From the NCBI GenBank assembly GCA_002269645.1, contig NIVC01001935.1, forward strand, positions 1-64,000: 64,000 nt of DNA. Reading direction: 5' to 3'. Shown here piece after piece: positions 35,611-48,740 of this stretch. Source of the stretch: Macrostomum lignano. Its lineage: Eukaryota. Each line of letters starts with the position of its first letter. The first letter of the stretch is position 1. The position numbers were made by a program, and so were the translations under genes. A model generated the notes under the pieces. That model had not been told where the DNA came from. It saw only the letters and a program-made list of their open reading frames with translations, and did not search any database.

Positions 35611-38348
35611 TGTTATGTTTTCTTTTACACCGAAGAAAGACGGAAGATAGTGTTTGAGCGTTTGCGAGCTTATGCCACTCGAGAGCATAGCCGTTTCAGA
35701 ACCTTAATATATTTCTTTGGCTCGCGAGCCGTCTCAAGCATTTAATACTGTACCGAGTATCTAGAGTTTCAACCCTAGACACTTTAGAAGCAGAAAGCAA
35801 ACGAGGCCGAAGTCTATAAGAAGTCAGAAGTCACGTCACAACAATAAGTAAACTAGCGCACCAGCAGAAGTAATAAATAGACTTAAACAATAATTAATTA
35901 GCAAAACACGAAAATAAGCTCGGCCTCCTGTGTCCTAACTAAACACAGTTTGTTAGAGCTAAGATTTAGACTTCTCTAACTAATCTCAGTACTTAAGAGC
36001 TTTGCTCATACTAAGACTTATATTGAGCACTAAGTACTAGCCATGAAATAAGTTAATTATCAGGCACAACGGGTCGGGCCTACACAAGACAATGTTACTA
36101 AATTGGAGCACACAGTCCGGGCAAAGAGAGGCATTTTAACTGGCCGTCTCGCGAGCGCGGAAATTCAAATCGGCGTGCGCGGTATTTATATACCCGCAGA
36201 ACTAGTGCATTAAAACAAACAGTAGACCCTTTGTCGCGCATATACGGTATGCTATACGTTTTCGCATGTGCATGAGCTTCAGTGAATTAACTTCGCGTGT
36301 TAGTATTCTTCCATTATTCATTAGTAATATAAAAATAATTACGTGGTTAACGAGGAATCCAAGGAGCCCTACCACACTCGCACCAGCAACGGTGTGTCTT
36401 TGTTTGTATTGTTATTTCATGTCTATAAAAATCCAAACGCTGTTCGAATTAGCTTGCAGTCTGAAGGATTGCTTGCAATCTAGGGAATGCTTGCTGTCTG
36501 GGGGATACTCGCTGTCTGGGGGGTTGCTTGCTACGTTACATCATTATTTAAAATTATTAAATTCTTTCTTTGCTCCCCAACGGGGGGCGTAAATTGCTAG
36601 TTATACTTGCTACACTTCTTTTGGCATCAGTCGGGGTCTTGTGTGTTGCGTACAAGACATTTTTAAGTTGTATGTTTATGGGCGCAAGTTCTGACGCAGT
36701 GCAATTGACTACAATTCTTCGTTATAATTTTAAGTCTATTCCTTTTGGTGCTAAGCAAATATGTAAATCTCTCTCAAAGTTCACGCATACTACTTCATTG
36801 GTCATTTCACCAACATACCAGCAACAGTGTTCTCATACTTAAAATCAGACCAGTGTTCCCTTTATCTAACCTTATGGCCACAGGGCCTATAAAAAATACA
36901 GAGCAGCAGCAGAATTATTCCGAAATTTGTAGATAACTCATTGCAGATATGAGGTCGTCCATAACTTTAATAATTTTTGTTGCTTTGCTGGCTGTCTGCA
37001 ATGATTTGGTAAATTAACAGTCCCAAATGAAGTGGTCAATCGATTAAGATTGGAACAAAGATGAATTTGAAGGCTCAACGTCGCCCAATCTCCGCCTCGC
37101 TACTAAGAGATCCTGAAAGTCTTTTTAGAACGAATAAAGTTTCATTGAGTAGCAATGGAAACAGGTCACTCCAAATCTAAATCCAAATCCAAATCCAAAT
37201 TCTTTTTTCGCTCCGGAAGCGTTCGGCAGACTATTCAATATATGGTAATTCGATAAACGCTCCAAGGGTTGGTGGTGTTTGAAATGGTTTACGACATGAA
37301 ACCCATAAATATCAAAAAAGACGTGGCTAAAGCTATTGCAAAGGAATCTCTCAAGTGCGTTGCTCAATACTCTTCTTGCGGCAATTCCATACACGCCTCA
37401 GAATGCTACACGGTCTTCGAGTGTTAACGGGACCCGAAAACGCTGGAGTATCGATGCATGTAAAATAATCTGTTCTACGGTTAATGCTAATACACTGGTG
37501 CAGGATGTGAAACAAACATTAATAGACAATTAATAATAAATCATAAATGTTGATTAATGACAATTATCTCCGGTTTAATCTAAATAATATGCTTGCATTA
37601 ATCAAAACTGATAAATAAACCAAAACTAAACTGTTTTAATGTTGTTAAAATACCGTCAAACCTGACTAAATTTTACTTGTCCAAATAAGCAACGAGTACC
37701 GTATGCAAGCTTTATAATGGATGGCAGTGGATGAACTCGCTTAACTGATTCGATACCTGTAATTTGAGTGAATTTTGCATTTTTAATACAAATAACTCCC
37801 CCCGTTGAGTTTATAAAAACAGGACTGAGCCTGATCAAGGATTTCTCTACAACTACCGGTAGAACGTGGAACGTGAATGAGAAACCTCTGTGTGGGGCGC
37901 ACAAACTGAGGCCCACCTACGAGCGCAATTCTGGCCCAGTCTTTCTCACCGAAGCAGTCCAGTTTTCCTCGCTAATTTTGACTAAATATTTAATTTTATA
38001 GTTTCAATATAGAACTTAAATTTAATCTTGAAGCTTGGAAAAGTGTATAATATGCCATAATTTTGATGTCGGGATGAGTTTAAATGCCGAGAAGCAAAGG
38101 TAATTTCGCTGATTTTAAGCTCTTAAAACTTATTATTTCATGTGACGGCTATGTAAACTCATAAATTAATCACTTTTATAGGCTTCATTCGTTGGTGAAT
38201 ATTTGTTAATATCATACGAGCAATTAAAAAATTGAATAAATCTAACCGTGTCAGCCAGTGCTGAAAAAATGTTTTAACGCTTTTCTAATACTTTACAGTA
38301 TTAAAGCTAATGGAATTTGCAATTTTAGAATTTAGCGAAAAGGGAAGC

Positions 38349-38412
38349 TGAGCATTGATGAGGCGCAATTTGAGCATTGATGAGGCGCGAGTTTTAGCAT
38401 TGATGAAGTGCC
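38349..38412. repeat. ~22-bp tandem repeat, 3 copies
   Basis: Unit tgagcattgatgaggcgcaatt. Confidence 0.8.
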
Positions 38413-38456
38413 AGTTTATTGTATGCACTGCTATTTCATCACCATTTCATAGGGGT

Positions 38457-40080
38457 TGTATCATAGTTGTTAATATAAGCACCTCCTGCAGACTGTCTTT
38501 ACTTTAAGTCTCAACGAGGCCTTTTTTACAACGGTCTGTTAGTCGGTCTGCACACTTGTCTGTTTGATGAATTGACTGCGGTACACGCCGGCGCGCAGCG
38601 GTTGCTTTTACTTCTCAACCGAAATAAGTTTAAAATTAACGCCAAACATAAGGTGTGGTAGTGGCTGCTAGCTAGAACTAGCGTTGTTGCACTTTACCCA
38701 ATCATATCCTTGTAATGTCTAGGGTAGCAACCAGCTATACATTCTTAAGCTTTCGTTCCCAGCCTCTCACTTATGTTATATTTTCTCTGCTTGAATAAAC
38801 TCGAACATTAACGCCAAAGTGCCGACAGCTTAGTTCAAACTACAAAAATGGCGTCGCGGCTTGGCAATCTGGATCTTGCTGACACGGTTCATGCATTAAC
38901 CTGGATTCAGGCATTCAAAGCCTTGGCTCGAACCAAGAAGTGGGAAGATAAAGAGGCAGATCGACAAATCATGGACAACTTTTTAGCGCTCTGTGGACTA
39001 GCAGCTCTCGAAAAAAGTTACTCATCTTGTCGCACCGAAAGAAGTGGAAGCACACACCTTTGCGGAGCTGGAGACTGCCATTACGAACTTTCTGCAACCC
39101 CAAAAGCACCTTGTCGTTGCTGAGAGAACTAAATTCTTCACGCTACTTCAGGCTGCCGATGAGCCCATCACGGAGTTTCTTTCTCGCTTGAGGAAGGGGG
39201 CCACGCACTGCGAGTTCGATGCTCTAAAAACCTGCACCAGCCTGGAAGAGGAAATGGTACGTCTGATGCTCATCTCTGGCCAACAGAACCCAGAACATCA
39301 ACGACGCATTCTGGGAGCCATGCAAAAGAAAGACTTGAAGAACACCGAAATCGTGGATATAGTCAGGACTATCGAACAAGTGACGAAGTTCGTAGACAGC
39401 AGGGATCTTCCAAACGCTGACACAGAGCCTACCCAAAAAGGACACTCCATCAACTTCGCAGGGGAGCTCGGCAGCATCGAGGCGGTAGCGTGACCATGTC
39501 CCATGAACGGCACATAGACGACTGCAAGTTTTGTGGCAGATCTCACCCAGCTGGCAAATGCCCGGCTTACGGCAAGACATGCAACAATTGCAACAAGCGC
39601 AACCACATTAGATCCGTGTGCCGCTTCAGTGGCGTCAAACAGGCCAACCATATGGACACGAAACTTGTAACCTCGGACTCCGACGCCTCTGATGTACTCC
39701 ATCTGACAGACGTAGATCTCATCCATGCTGTTTCGGTAACGACAAAAACTGTGCTGATCAACGGTGTCGCTATTCCGATGCAGATCGCCACCGGAGCTTC
39801 AGTTTCAGTGCTTTCTAGCCACCGCTGGGGATCGCTGCAATGCCCCAAATTGGACAAGTATCATCGGCGACTCGAGGCATATGATGACCAAATCCGAAAG
39901 ACATTGGGAAAGCTGTCTACCACCGTGGGGATGCGCGGTCGCATTCATCCAGCTAAGCTGATGGTGGTTTCATCTTCAAAGACATTCGGCCTGCTAGGAT
40001 GCGATCTTCTAGATGGTGCAACGGCTGCGAGTTGCTACCTAATTAATAGAACTCTCCCTTCCCGACTGACGCTTTAGGCG
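38457..40080 (+). mobile_element. Truncated Ty3/gypsy element (probable 5' LTR 38457-38844, gag, knuckle, protease)
   Basis: TGTA...TACA then aaa-ATGGCGTCGCGG; VVAERTKFF; CKFCGRSH...CNNCNKRNHIRSVC; protease motif degenerate (QIATGAS). Confidence 0.75.
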
Positions 40081-40363
40081 CAAAAACTCCTACTTCCCAC
40101 CACATCGTAGGGTGCCCGTCGCACCCTATCTGCTACCCCTAACAGCAGCTAATAAGAATACCTTAGAGCTTCATAGAAAGCATTACCTGGCGGTCGCTCG
40201 GCGCTCGGCCCTTTGTTGCGTATGGCGCCGTCCGGTACGCCTGCATCCCCTCGTCCAGAGCCTCGCGCCAGTCTTTGTTTTCATCGATGGCGGCACGAAT
40301 GACCCTGTTGATCGATCTCTTCAGGCGCTCGGTCATGCCGTTGGCAGCCGCATGTAGCAGATT

Positions 40364-43300
40364 TGTTGTATTATTGGTGTGCTAGCTCTTGTGCTGAGAA
40401 AAGAAAATGATCAGCCTCTGGGGCTGCGACTTACTTATCTGTATATTTGAGCACGGCTGAGTCATAGATATAAAATAAGCATTTGAATTTGCATTCGTTG
40501 AGAATACAATGTCTCTTCTCCCTTTGAACAAATACAGTCAGACCAACCAAAAATTGTTCAGGGATCGTTGCCCACATTATCCAGGCACGAATATCTCCGG
40601 CGGCTTTGGATTCTGTCGGAGACCGATTCCTCGTTGTCGATCTCTCACTGTAGGCTCTACCTGTACTGGCTAGTTTGCTGCTTTGAGCCTTGAGGGAACC
40701 TCCGTGTCGCATTTTTCTACTGAGGAGTCTTTCCAATTAACTCTCTTCAGTCACAAGAAGTTCCTTCGCACTATTCTGCCATCTTTGGTTTGAATCCTCA
40801 CAGTCGTGCCATTGGTCCCGACGACCGTTCCTGGTTGCACTTCATAAGGCTGTTCGTACTTGCTGTTGCAAAATTCTCGTCTCCAGATGACCTGATTGAC
40901 AGGGCAGAACATCTTCTGGTACTTGGCTGGTCCGTCTTCTGCCATTTTCTGTTTGTACTCGTCATCACGAGCTTTGATGTCGCTGTTCGGAGTCATGGCT
41001 CTCCTCTCCGGAATTGGTAACTTTCTGTCGAATTCCCTCTTAAAGAATAGCATCCCTGGGATTCTCCAGTCGCGCGGATCGGTGAAGATCTGTAGCTGTA
41101 CAGTAACCGTCCAAGTTCTTGTTTCAGGTTCTTCCTTTCCCGACTGAAGATCTGCAGGGTCTTGTTCAGAGTTCTGTTGAAGCGTTCCACTTCTGCGTTG
41201 CCACGAGGCCAGTATGGGGTGCTCTTTCGGTGCTTCACGTTGAATTCTCGCGTTATATTCTTGAATTCTTCGGATATGAACTGTGGACCATTGTCTGTGA
41301 TTAATTCTTCTGGTGCACCGTACGAGTGAAATACTTCCTTCATTTTATTGGTCACCTCCGTCGCATCAGCCTTCGGCAACACATAAAGTAGCGGATAGCG
41401 AGAATAGTAGTCCACGATGACTAATAGTGTTTTTTCCAGACGGAAGAGGACCTTTTAAATAGGTACCTATTAGCTTCCAGGCTCCTTCTGGTAGCTCCGT
41501 CGGAATGATTGTTGGTTTGATTTTTCCGGAAGTGCTCTTGAGCAGCTTTCACAGTTCACATGATGATACGAAGTTCTGTACATCTTCCGTCATCAGAGGC
41601 CACCAAACGCATATTTTAAGCCGCTCAGTGATTTTGGTGATTCCCAAGTGCCCTTCGTGCATTGTCTCTAACACTGCCATAACAGACTTTCTCGGAACTA
41701 CATAACGGTCTTGGTACAACAGGACTCCATTTGTGCTGGAAAGTTGGCTTCCGACGTTGTGTACTCCAGTGCCCCGTTTGTAGCGATCTCAAAGCTGATT
41801 AAATCCACGGGTCGTCTTTCGAATCGTTCTCAATGTCACTTTCAGAGATTCCCCAATATTGAGCTTCTGTAGAAATTTGCTGGATGAGACGTTCGTCTGC
41901 CTTGACACTTGATGCTTTGGGGTTCTCCACGTTCATTGGTTGTCTGGATAAATAGTCTGCCTCGTTCGCCTCTCCTGGTTCGTACTTTAATTTGAAATTG
42001 AAGTGCTGGAGGCGCATCGCCCATCTCTGGAGACCCACCGGTGAAGCGTCGACTCGCAGTTCGATTATTTTTGAAGTGTCAAAGTAGGCCAGTGTTTCTG
42101 AGGTAGAAGTTCGTTTGATGATTTCTGCAAAGGCTTCCTTCCGTGTTGTGATCCAGTTCCAGTTGACCTGCTTTCGCGTTAACTTCTGAATCGATTCTGC
42201 CATGGTCGCCAGGTTAAGGATGAAGTGTGAGACGAATTGCACTAGGCCCATGAATAACCATACCTCACTGGGATTTGTAGGTTCTTTGAAAGTCCGAATG
42301 GCTTGCACCTTTGCGTCACCAATTCGCAATCCCTTGCGAGTCAGTAGCATTCCCATGAAGGTTATTTTATCCACTGAGAAACTGCACTTATCCTTCCCGA
42401 TGGTTATAGGACTTTTCTCAAGCGGTCATTGTACTCTAGTACCACCGTAGATCCCGATGTCATCTTGGATATTCAGAACACCTGAAATGCCAGCAAGAAC
42501 TCATTGCATTTCCGATTGCAGTGCAAACGATGAGTTCACCCCATTGTTAGTCTCTTGTATCTCATAAAAGGCCAGTCTTTCAAGCCTGTTGAGAATGTTG
42601 TGAGCATCCTGGAGTCTTCGTGCAGTTCTAGCTGATGAAACATTTTGTTGCCATCCAAGTAGGACTTAGCATCGCCAACGTTAATCAGTACGTGTTCGTC
42701 GATGCTGGGCAGTGGGTAGTGCTCTGTAGAATTGCGTAAATAATTGAGGCGTGAAACGCGGTGGTTCGTTTGCTTTAATTTTTCTTTGATTGTTTTCCGT
42801 GTGGAAAAGAATAGAGTTGAGTAATTGCGTGTTAGGGTGCTATATATTTATATACGTGTTGATAGAACATTCCGGAATCCGGAAAGTTCGAGAAGCGGTT
42901 TTTAGAAAGGGGTGCGCGGGAGTTCAAAATGCCAAATATAGAAAGTGCGTGTTTCGCGGAAGTTTCTAGAATACAAGTATTGTACTTACTGTACGCTATC
43001 TCATACCGTATACGCGCGTTGTTTAGTTGGGGAACTTTCTAGAATATGAAGATTTAAGCATGTTATAGAATATTATAAAAAAATAGAAATACGCTACAAT
43101 ACTTATAATATAGTGAATACGCTACAGCTCCTTTCTAGTAGCCTTGTTTAGGTCTCGGAGATCAACCGTGGCTCTCAATTTACCGTTGGCCTTCGGAACA
43201 GCCACTAATCTTGACACCCATTCAGTAGTTCCCTTGACTGGCTCGATTATGTCTTCTCTTAACTGCCCTTCTAGTTCTTCGCGCAGTTTCTGGTGAAGGT

Positions 43301-44907
43301 GTGCTGGTATACGCGATGGTGGATGAACAATAGGATTAGCGTTCTCCTTCAGGCGAATCTTAACTTTGCTGTCTTTCAGTTTTCCTATTCCACGGAAGAC
43401 ATCTTTGAACTCTTCCAGACTTGCGTTGGCTGCTGAATGTTCTCGATATGAAGGCAGCTTTTTCCGAGCCCCATGTCAGGAAACCGTGCTTGAAGGCGTC
43501 CTCAAATCCAATGATAGTGCGTGCATCCTTTACTGGAGTTATGTGAAACTTCATTAGCTGTGTACTCTCGTTGAGAGTAACTTCCAGATGTACTATGCCT
43601 TGGGTTTCAATGGGGATCCTGGCTCCGTACGACCAAATATTGATACGTGATCTCGAGTTGAACTGATCCGGACTCACCATTTTAGCAACTGTGTTGTAGG
43701 ATATTAGATTTAGATTGGAGCTCGAGTCAATTAGTACATCGCATTTTCTGCCGTTGATGACAGCTTGCTTTGTTGCACCGTTCATCTTCGCGTTGACGCT
43801 TGCTATCGTATGAATCTCCTCTAAGTCTGACGATTCAGTCACGCCTAATTCTTTCGTTTCGTAAACTTGAAGTTTACTTTTGGTAGGTAGTTTGGTTCTG
43901 CACACCTTGGCATGATGTCCCACCTTGTTGCACTTCTTGCAAGTATCGTTGCGCGCATAGCAATTTTCTGCTGTGTGTGAGCTTCTTCCACAGCGGCTAC
44001 AGACATCGCGAGCACTGGAATTTCTTCTGGGAAAATGCTTGCTGTCAATTCCAATTTTTTCGATTTAGGGAATCTTCTTAGTCCTTTTGACTGTCCAACT
44101 GCATTGACGGTGCTTGGGTCGGAGACGTGCTTTTCAATGACGCCGCTCTGGCTGTTCGTCGATTCGAAGCACCTTCCAATCTCGACGGCTCTCTTCAGAG
44201 TCAGAGTTGACCCTTCTTGGATGAGCTTCCGTCTGAGGCTGTTTGAGTTGCAGTTTAGGACAAGATCGCGAATTATTAGGTCTTCATAGGACAGTTTGGT
44301 TGTTGCATCAGTGATTGACACCTCAAGATCGCAGTATTTCGCTGCTTCCCGCAGTCGGCCATGGAAAGAGTCAATGGCCTCACTTTCCTTTTGCTTGATT
44401 TGCAGCAGGTTGAAGGTTTCGTATACCACGTTTGTTCCGTCCTTGAAGTACTCGTTCAGTCGGGTCTGAGCCGTTTTGAAGTCAGATCCTGTGTTGTCCA
44501 GGTTCTCCAGTATTTTTCGAATTTTCGCACCGGCACAGAGCAGAATTGCAGATCGCTTTCGTTTGTCGTCTGTTATTCCGCAGGTGTCCAACCACAGGGT
44601 GATTTCCTGCAGGTAGTCCTCCCATCTTTTCACCACGTTCGATGGATCCTTTTCCGGGTCGAACGGAGATGGCTGAGGTAGTAGGCTCATCTTTGGTGTG
44701 CCGCCTCTGCCCTGCAGAGGAGATGCACTTTCGCGCCAAGTGCGCTTTTACTGCTGCCACCAATGTTGTATTATTGGTGTGCTAGCTCTTGTGCTGAGAA
44801 AAAAACTGATCAGCCTCTGGGGCTGCAACTTACTTATCTGTATATTTGAGCATGGCTGAGCCATAGATATAAAATAAGCATTTGCATTTGCATTCGTTGA
44901 GAATACA
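40364..44907 (-). mobile_element. Degenerate Ty3/gypsy element with two short LTRs (40364-40508, 44764-44907)
   Basis: Slightly diverged ~145-bp LTRs; PBS TGGTGGCAGCAG (tRNA-Leu type); PPT aaagggagaagag; gag ORF 43845-44690; fragmented PR, RT, RH and IN; no TSD found. Confidence 0.88.
42725..43126. mobile_element. Solo LTR (402 bp) inserted in the RT of the host gypsy element
   Basis: TGTAG...CTACA termini; 4-bp TSD GCTC (42721-24, 43127-30); the RT reading resumes on both sides. Confidence 0.88.
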
Positions 44908-46554
44908 ATACGATTGATGGCCTGATGCCAGATTCCGAAGCTTGTGAGGAAGTCCTTGAACTGTCGGGACGAGAACGGAGGTCCATTATCTGAAACGATC
45001 TCCTTCGGGATGCCGAAACAGCCGAATGACCCACGCAGCCGTGGGACGATGGCGTTCGCAGTTTTAGACCGCAGGACTTGAACCTCTGGGTACTAGGAGT
45101 ACGAGCTAGTGATCCACTCAGAGGAGCAGCATCTTGTTCTGAATCGGGCCCAGCAGGTCGGCGCCAATTGACAGCCAGGCGCCCTAGGGTATTTTGGATG
45201 GTTGCAAAGGCGTCGCGCCTACCGTTGGTGTGTGTGACGACTCGACACAGCTCCGGCACCGACATCGGCGCTCATTTTTGGCCACCAGACCTTGCTGTTC
45301 AGCCTGGCCAATGTCTTTCGGAGTCCCAGATGCCCTGTGTGTGCGAGTCGCAGCATTGTGTGCCTGGGGCTGCTTGGGACGACGATTCTGTTCGATCGCA
45401 GCAACACTTCGTCTTCCTCTGTTAGATCGTTCTGCAGTTGCGTGGAGCGACCTCATCTCAGGGTTGCTGAGGTCCCAACGAGCTGCGTCCGCTAGAAACA
45501 AAAAAATTGAAGCAACTTGGGCTCGACTCGATTCCGGGCTAATTTACATGGATGTACTGTGGCGCCGCTTGGCGGGACTCATCAACTATATCTGACTCGC
45601 CTTGCGTATCTGCGTACTTAATATCTAGTGTACTCATTACCAATGTACATGCTAAAGCTTAAAGTTTGATCGCGCTGTACTCGTAATGTAGGCGGCATGT
45701 TGCCGTCGGTCGTTTTCAAGTTAATATAAAGGTCGGTTTGGCTATCAGTTGCAGTCTCGGATTCTATGCTCAGCTAAGAGCTCTCTTATATAGAAAGGAG
45801 TCCTTCTTATTGCTACGACACGACAGCCTGGGCTTAGAAGAAACAGCCTGGGTTGTTGAGCAACATGCCTGTGTAGACTGACCTCAAGGCTCACAGCTTG
45901 TCCTCTGCCTAACAATGGGGCAATCATACTTGAGAAGGAATTAGACCTTCGACAGCAGCTGAAAGATTCCGGGGACTTTTAGTATAATGGATCGTTACTG
46001 TATTGTTTATGAAGAAAAATTGTTAGAATGACTACTACTACATGTACGACTACGAGTAAGTGGGAAGTCGGCCGAAATGGGCCACAACCACAATGCTAGA
46101 CTATATATGAGTAATCGGTGCTGGAAACAAGGACTTGTTGTATTTGTGATTCTTTATCAATTTGTATTCTTTTTTTAATCATTGCAGACAGTAAGCAAGG
46201 CAACACAAACAAAGAGCGACCTTCATATTGTAGCCATATGACGCCTTCTATGTTTTAGCAGTGCTATCAATAGATTGATGTTGTCTATGGAAACACAATC
46301 CTGTAATTGTTATGTTTTAAACTGCGATGACTAAAGAGAGCCACAGATAATATACGCTCGTAAGAATTTGGTTGCACGCTCTAAGAGAGAGACAGCTGAA
46401 ATCTCAAATCCCCAAAGCAGCATTTGGTTTCCTAAGTTACCCAATTGGATAAGAAGACCAACACATATCGAAAACGTATTGGACATGGAAATGGAGTTGG
46501 AAATATCAGAGTATTTAAGTCTGATTAGTTTTGTTGGTTTAGTCTGGGTTTTTG

Positions 46555-46616
46555 TTAGGCTAGTTTAGTTTAGGCTAGTTTAGTTTAGGCTAGTTTAGTT
46601 TAGGTTAGTTGTTTAG
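46555..46616. repeat. 15-bp tandem repeat, ~4 copies
   Basis: Unit ttaggctagtttagt. Confidence 0.8.
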
Positions 46617-47373
46617 CCGCAGGCGCTGGGGAGGCATTCGCCCCACGGTCCAGGTCGAGTGCAGCTACTGGCAACATGGGGGATGGGGGGCATATTCGAA
46701 TAAGTGACCTGTTTCTATTGCTACTCAATGAAACGGCCTAACGAATAACGTTCTGGAGTGACTTTCAGGAGCTCTTCGAAGCGAGACAGGCAACAATGGT
46801 AAAAGCAAAGCCACCCAGATAGATAGCAGCCTCGATGCAGTGAAGATGGAGGTGGACAACTCAGACACCGTCACACCTGACTCTGATTTCTGATTTCTCA
46901 AAATTTTCTAGCGAAAATTCTCAGTGTGCGCCTTGTGCTCTGGCAAAACGGCTGCGAAACATGGTGCGTTCAAGAGCGACTCGAACTAATCCATCTTCGA
47001 TCGAAACTTTTTATAATGTTTCGTTTCAAGTTTTTAAATTATTTTAGGACTTACTAAGAAGCTGAAAACTGGCAGTATTGCATGCATCTTTTCTAGGTTA
47101 CATGTAACACTACACGCAGTACCAAACCAGTTGACCAAATGAAAATCTTCGTCGAAACTGACAATATAGACATGCAATTAGTCCACATCTTCGACTTAAA
47201 TTTTTAACAGTTAAAAGCCAAAGACGACGTGGTTATAAAAATTTCTCGAAATTTCTTCCGGCATAAAGATAGTCAAATAAAAGACAGTGTGTTAGTACCA
47301 GTACTTCCTTAAAAATCGTCCGAGATCTCAATAAAAAACTGCCTTTAGATTTTAGCTATCCTTCTAGTCCCTA

Positions 47374-47904
47374 AGGGTCGCCATCATAAGCTCGAAAAAT
47401 CACATCGTCGAAAACAAGGCTCCATCACAAGCTCGAAAAGTCACAAGCTCGAAAAAGCATATCGTCGAAAAGTTTAGCAACCACCATCACAATCTCGAAA
47501 AGTCATAAGCTCGAAAAATCACATCGTCGAAAAGTTTAGCAAACATCATCACAAGCTCGAAAAGGCACAAGCTCTAACCCTAACCCCAAGGCACTAACCC
47601 TAACCCTAAGGCACCAGTACCCTAGCCTAACCCTGAACCACAACCCTAACCCCAACCCTAACCTAACCCTAAACCCTAACTTAAAGGCACTAGTTCTAAC
47701 CCCGACCCTAACCCTAAACCCCAACCTTAAGGCACAAGTTCTAACCCCAACCCTATTCAAGCTTGTGATGGTGGTTGCTAACCTTTTCGACGATATGATT
47801 TTTCGAGCTTATGATTTTTCGAGCTTATGACTTTTCGAGCTTGTGATGGTGGCTGCTAAATCAGTTTTCGAAGATGTGATTTTTCGAGCTTGTGATGGGC
47901 CCCC
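47374..47904. mobile_element. Foldback/MITE-like element with modular inverted arms and a telomere-like (CCCTAA) core
   Basis: Left arm of repeated (c)atcacaagctcgaaaa modules (47380-47570) mirrors the right arm ttttcgagcttgtgatg (47760-47900). Core 47574-47755 consists of degenerate ctaacc repeats. A 7-bp direct repeat gtcccta lies at 47367-73 and 47905-11. Confidence 0.75.
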
Positions 47905-48740
47905 GTCCCTACTACTCCCTATCCCCTACTCTAGGTGTATAAGTATCAGGCCCAATACAAGACGGCTCCTGTGGGCGCGCTATACTGTGGCGTGTGGCGG
48001 GCTTTTGCGGTTGGTTTTATTTACTGCTTAAAAACCGGCCCATCCCCCAAAAACCAATCCCCCTCCCACTTTGACTGAAATTCATTCAACTGCCCTTAAG
48101 CCTCTCAGCCAATAAGAAGAGAGCTGGGGGGAAAGAGAGCCAGCAGAGCTCATAGATTGTCTCTGGGTTTGGGGCAAGAGGTGAGTTTATCGATCGATCG
48201 AAGGAGCCTTATCAATTTAGGGTCCCTCATGTTTCTCTAGGGTGCTTTGTTATTGTTATAGTTAACTGCATGATTTAACACCCCTTCCCCACTTGTTTTT
48301 CTACTGTGCAGTGTTTGTGAAAAGTCATGTCCGACGCTGGCCTTGTCTGATGCCGATGCAAATCTGGTTCAGTGAAAATCGATAGAACAGAGCTTTCGCT
48401 CTCTGTCTTAATACAAAATTTTCATTTAAGCTGAACTTAAATCGATGCAAAATAGCTGGCAAAAAAGGTAGAGATGTTTAAAACTAAAAATAGACCGTTC
48501 TATTAAGCTAACATTTTACTAGGAGATTTATGTCTTATTTCGACTAAAATGCGTGTTCTTTTAATAATCAAGCAACGTTAAATCTGCGATCATCTGCGTT
48601 ATCTGCGCTAGCTGCGATCAACACCCGATACCCCAGCTGGAAACATCGCTTCCAATTTGTTAAGTTGACCACGTTGACTTATTTATGTTGCTCTATTAGA
48701 CAAAAAACGCACAGTATCCTAAGGAGATCGGGTATCTCCC

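Larger units (their letters stand above)
31639..35843 (-). mobile_element. Very young, compact (4205 bp) Ty3/gypsy LTR retrotransposon
   Basis: 233-bp LTRs (31639-31871, 35611-35843) with no difference found by eye, TG...CA ends; 5-bp TSD ATAAG (31634-38, 35844-48); PBS TGGCGTCGCTG; PPT aaagaaagaggga. Confidence 0.97.
40150..45500 (-). pseudogene. Gypsy integrase remnant split by the 40364-44907 element (pieces 40150-40363 and 44908-45500)
   Basis: LAHTGHLGLRKT...VWWPKM and IVSDNGPPF on one side; ANGMTER...YRTAP on the other. Confidence 0.65.

Noticed and set aside
36266-38001. Short ORFs as host genes or transposase remnants
   Set aside because: No recognisable domains or consistent splice structure by eye; a BLASTX search would be needed.
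47574-47755. True telomere or chromosome-fusion scar
   Set aside because: The repeats are short, degenerate, single-orientation and enclosed by inverted arms of a TE-like unit.
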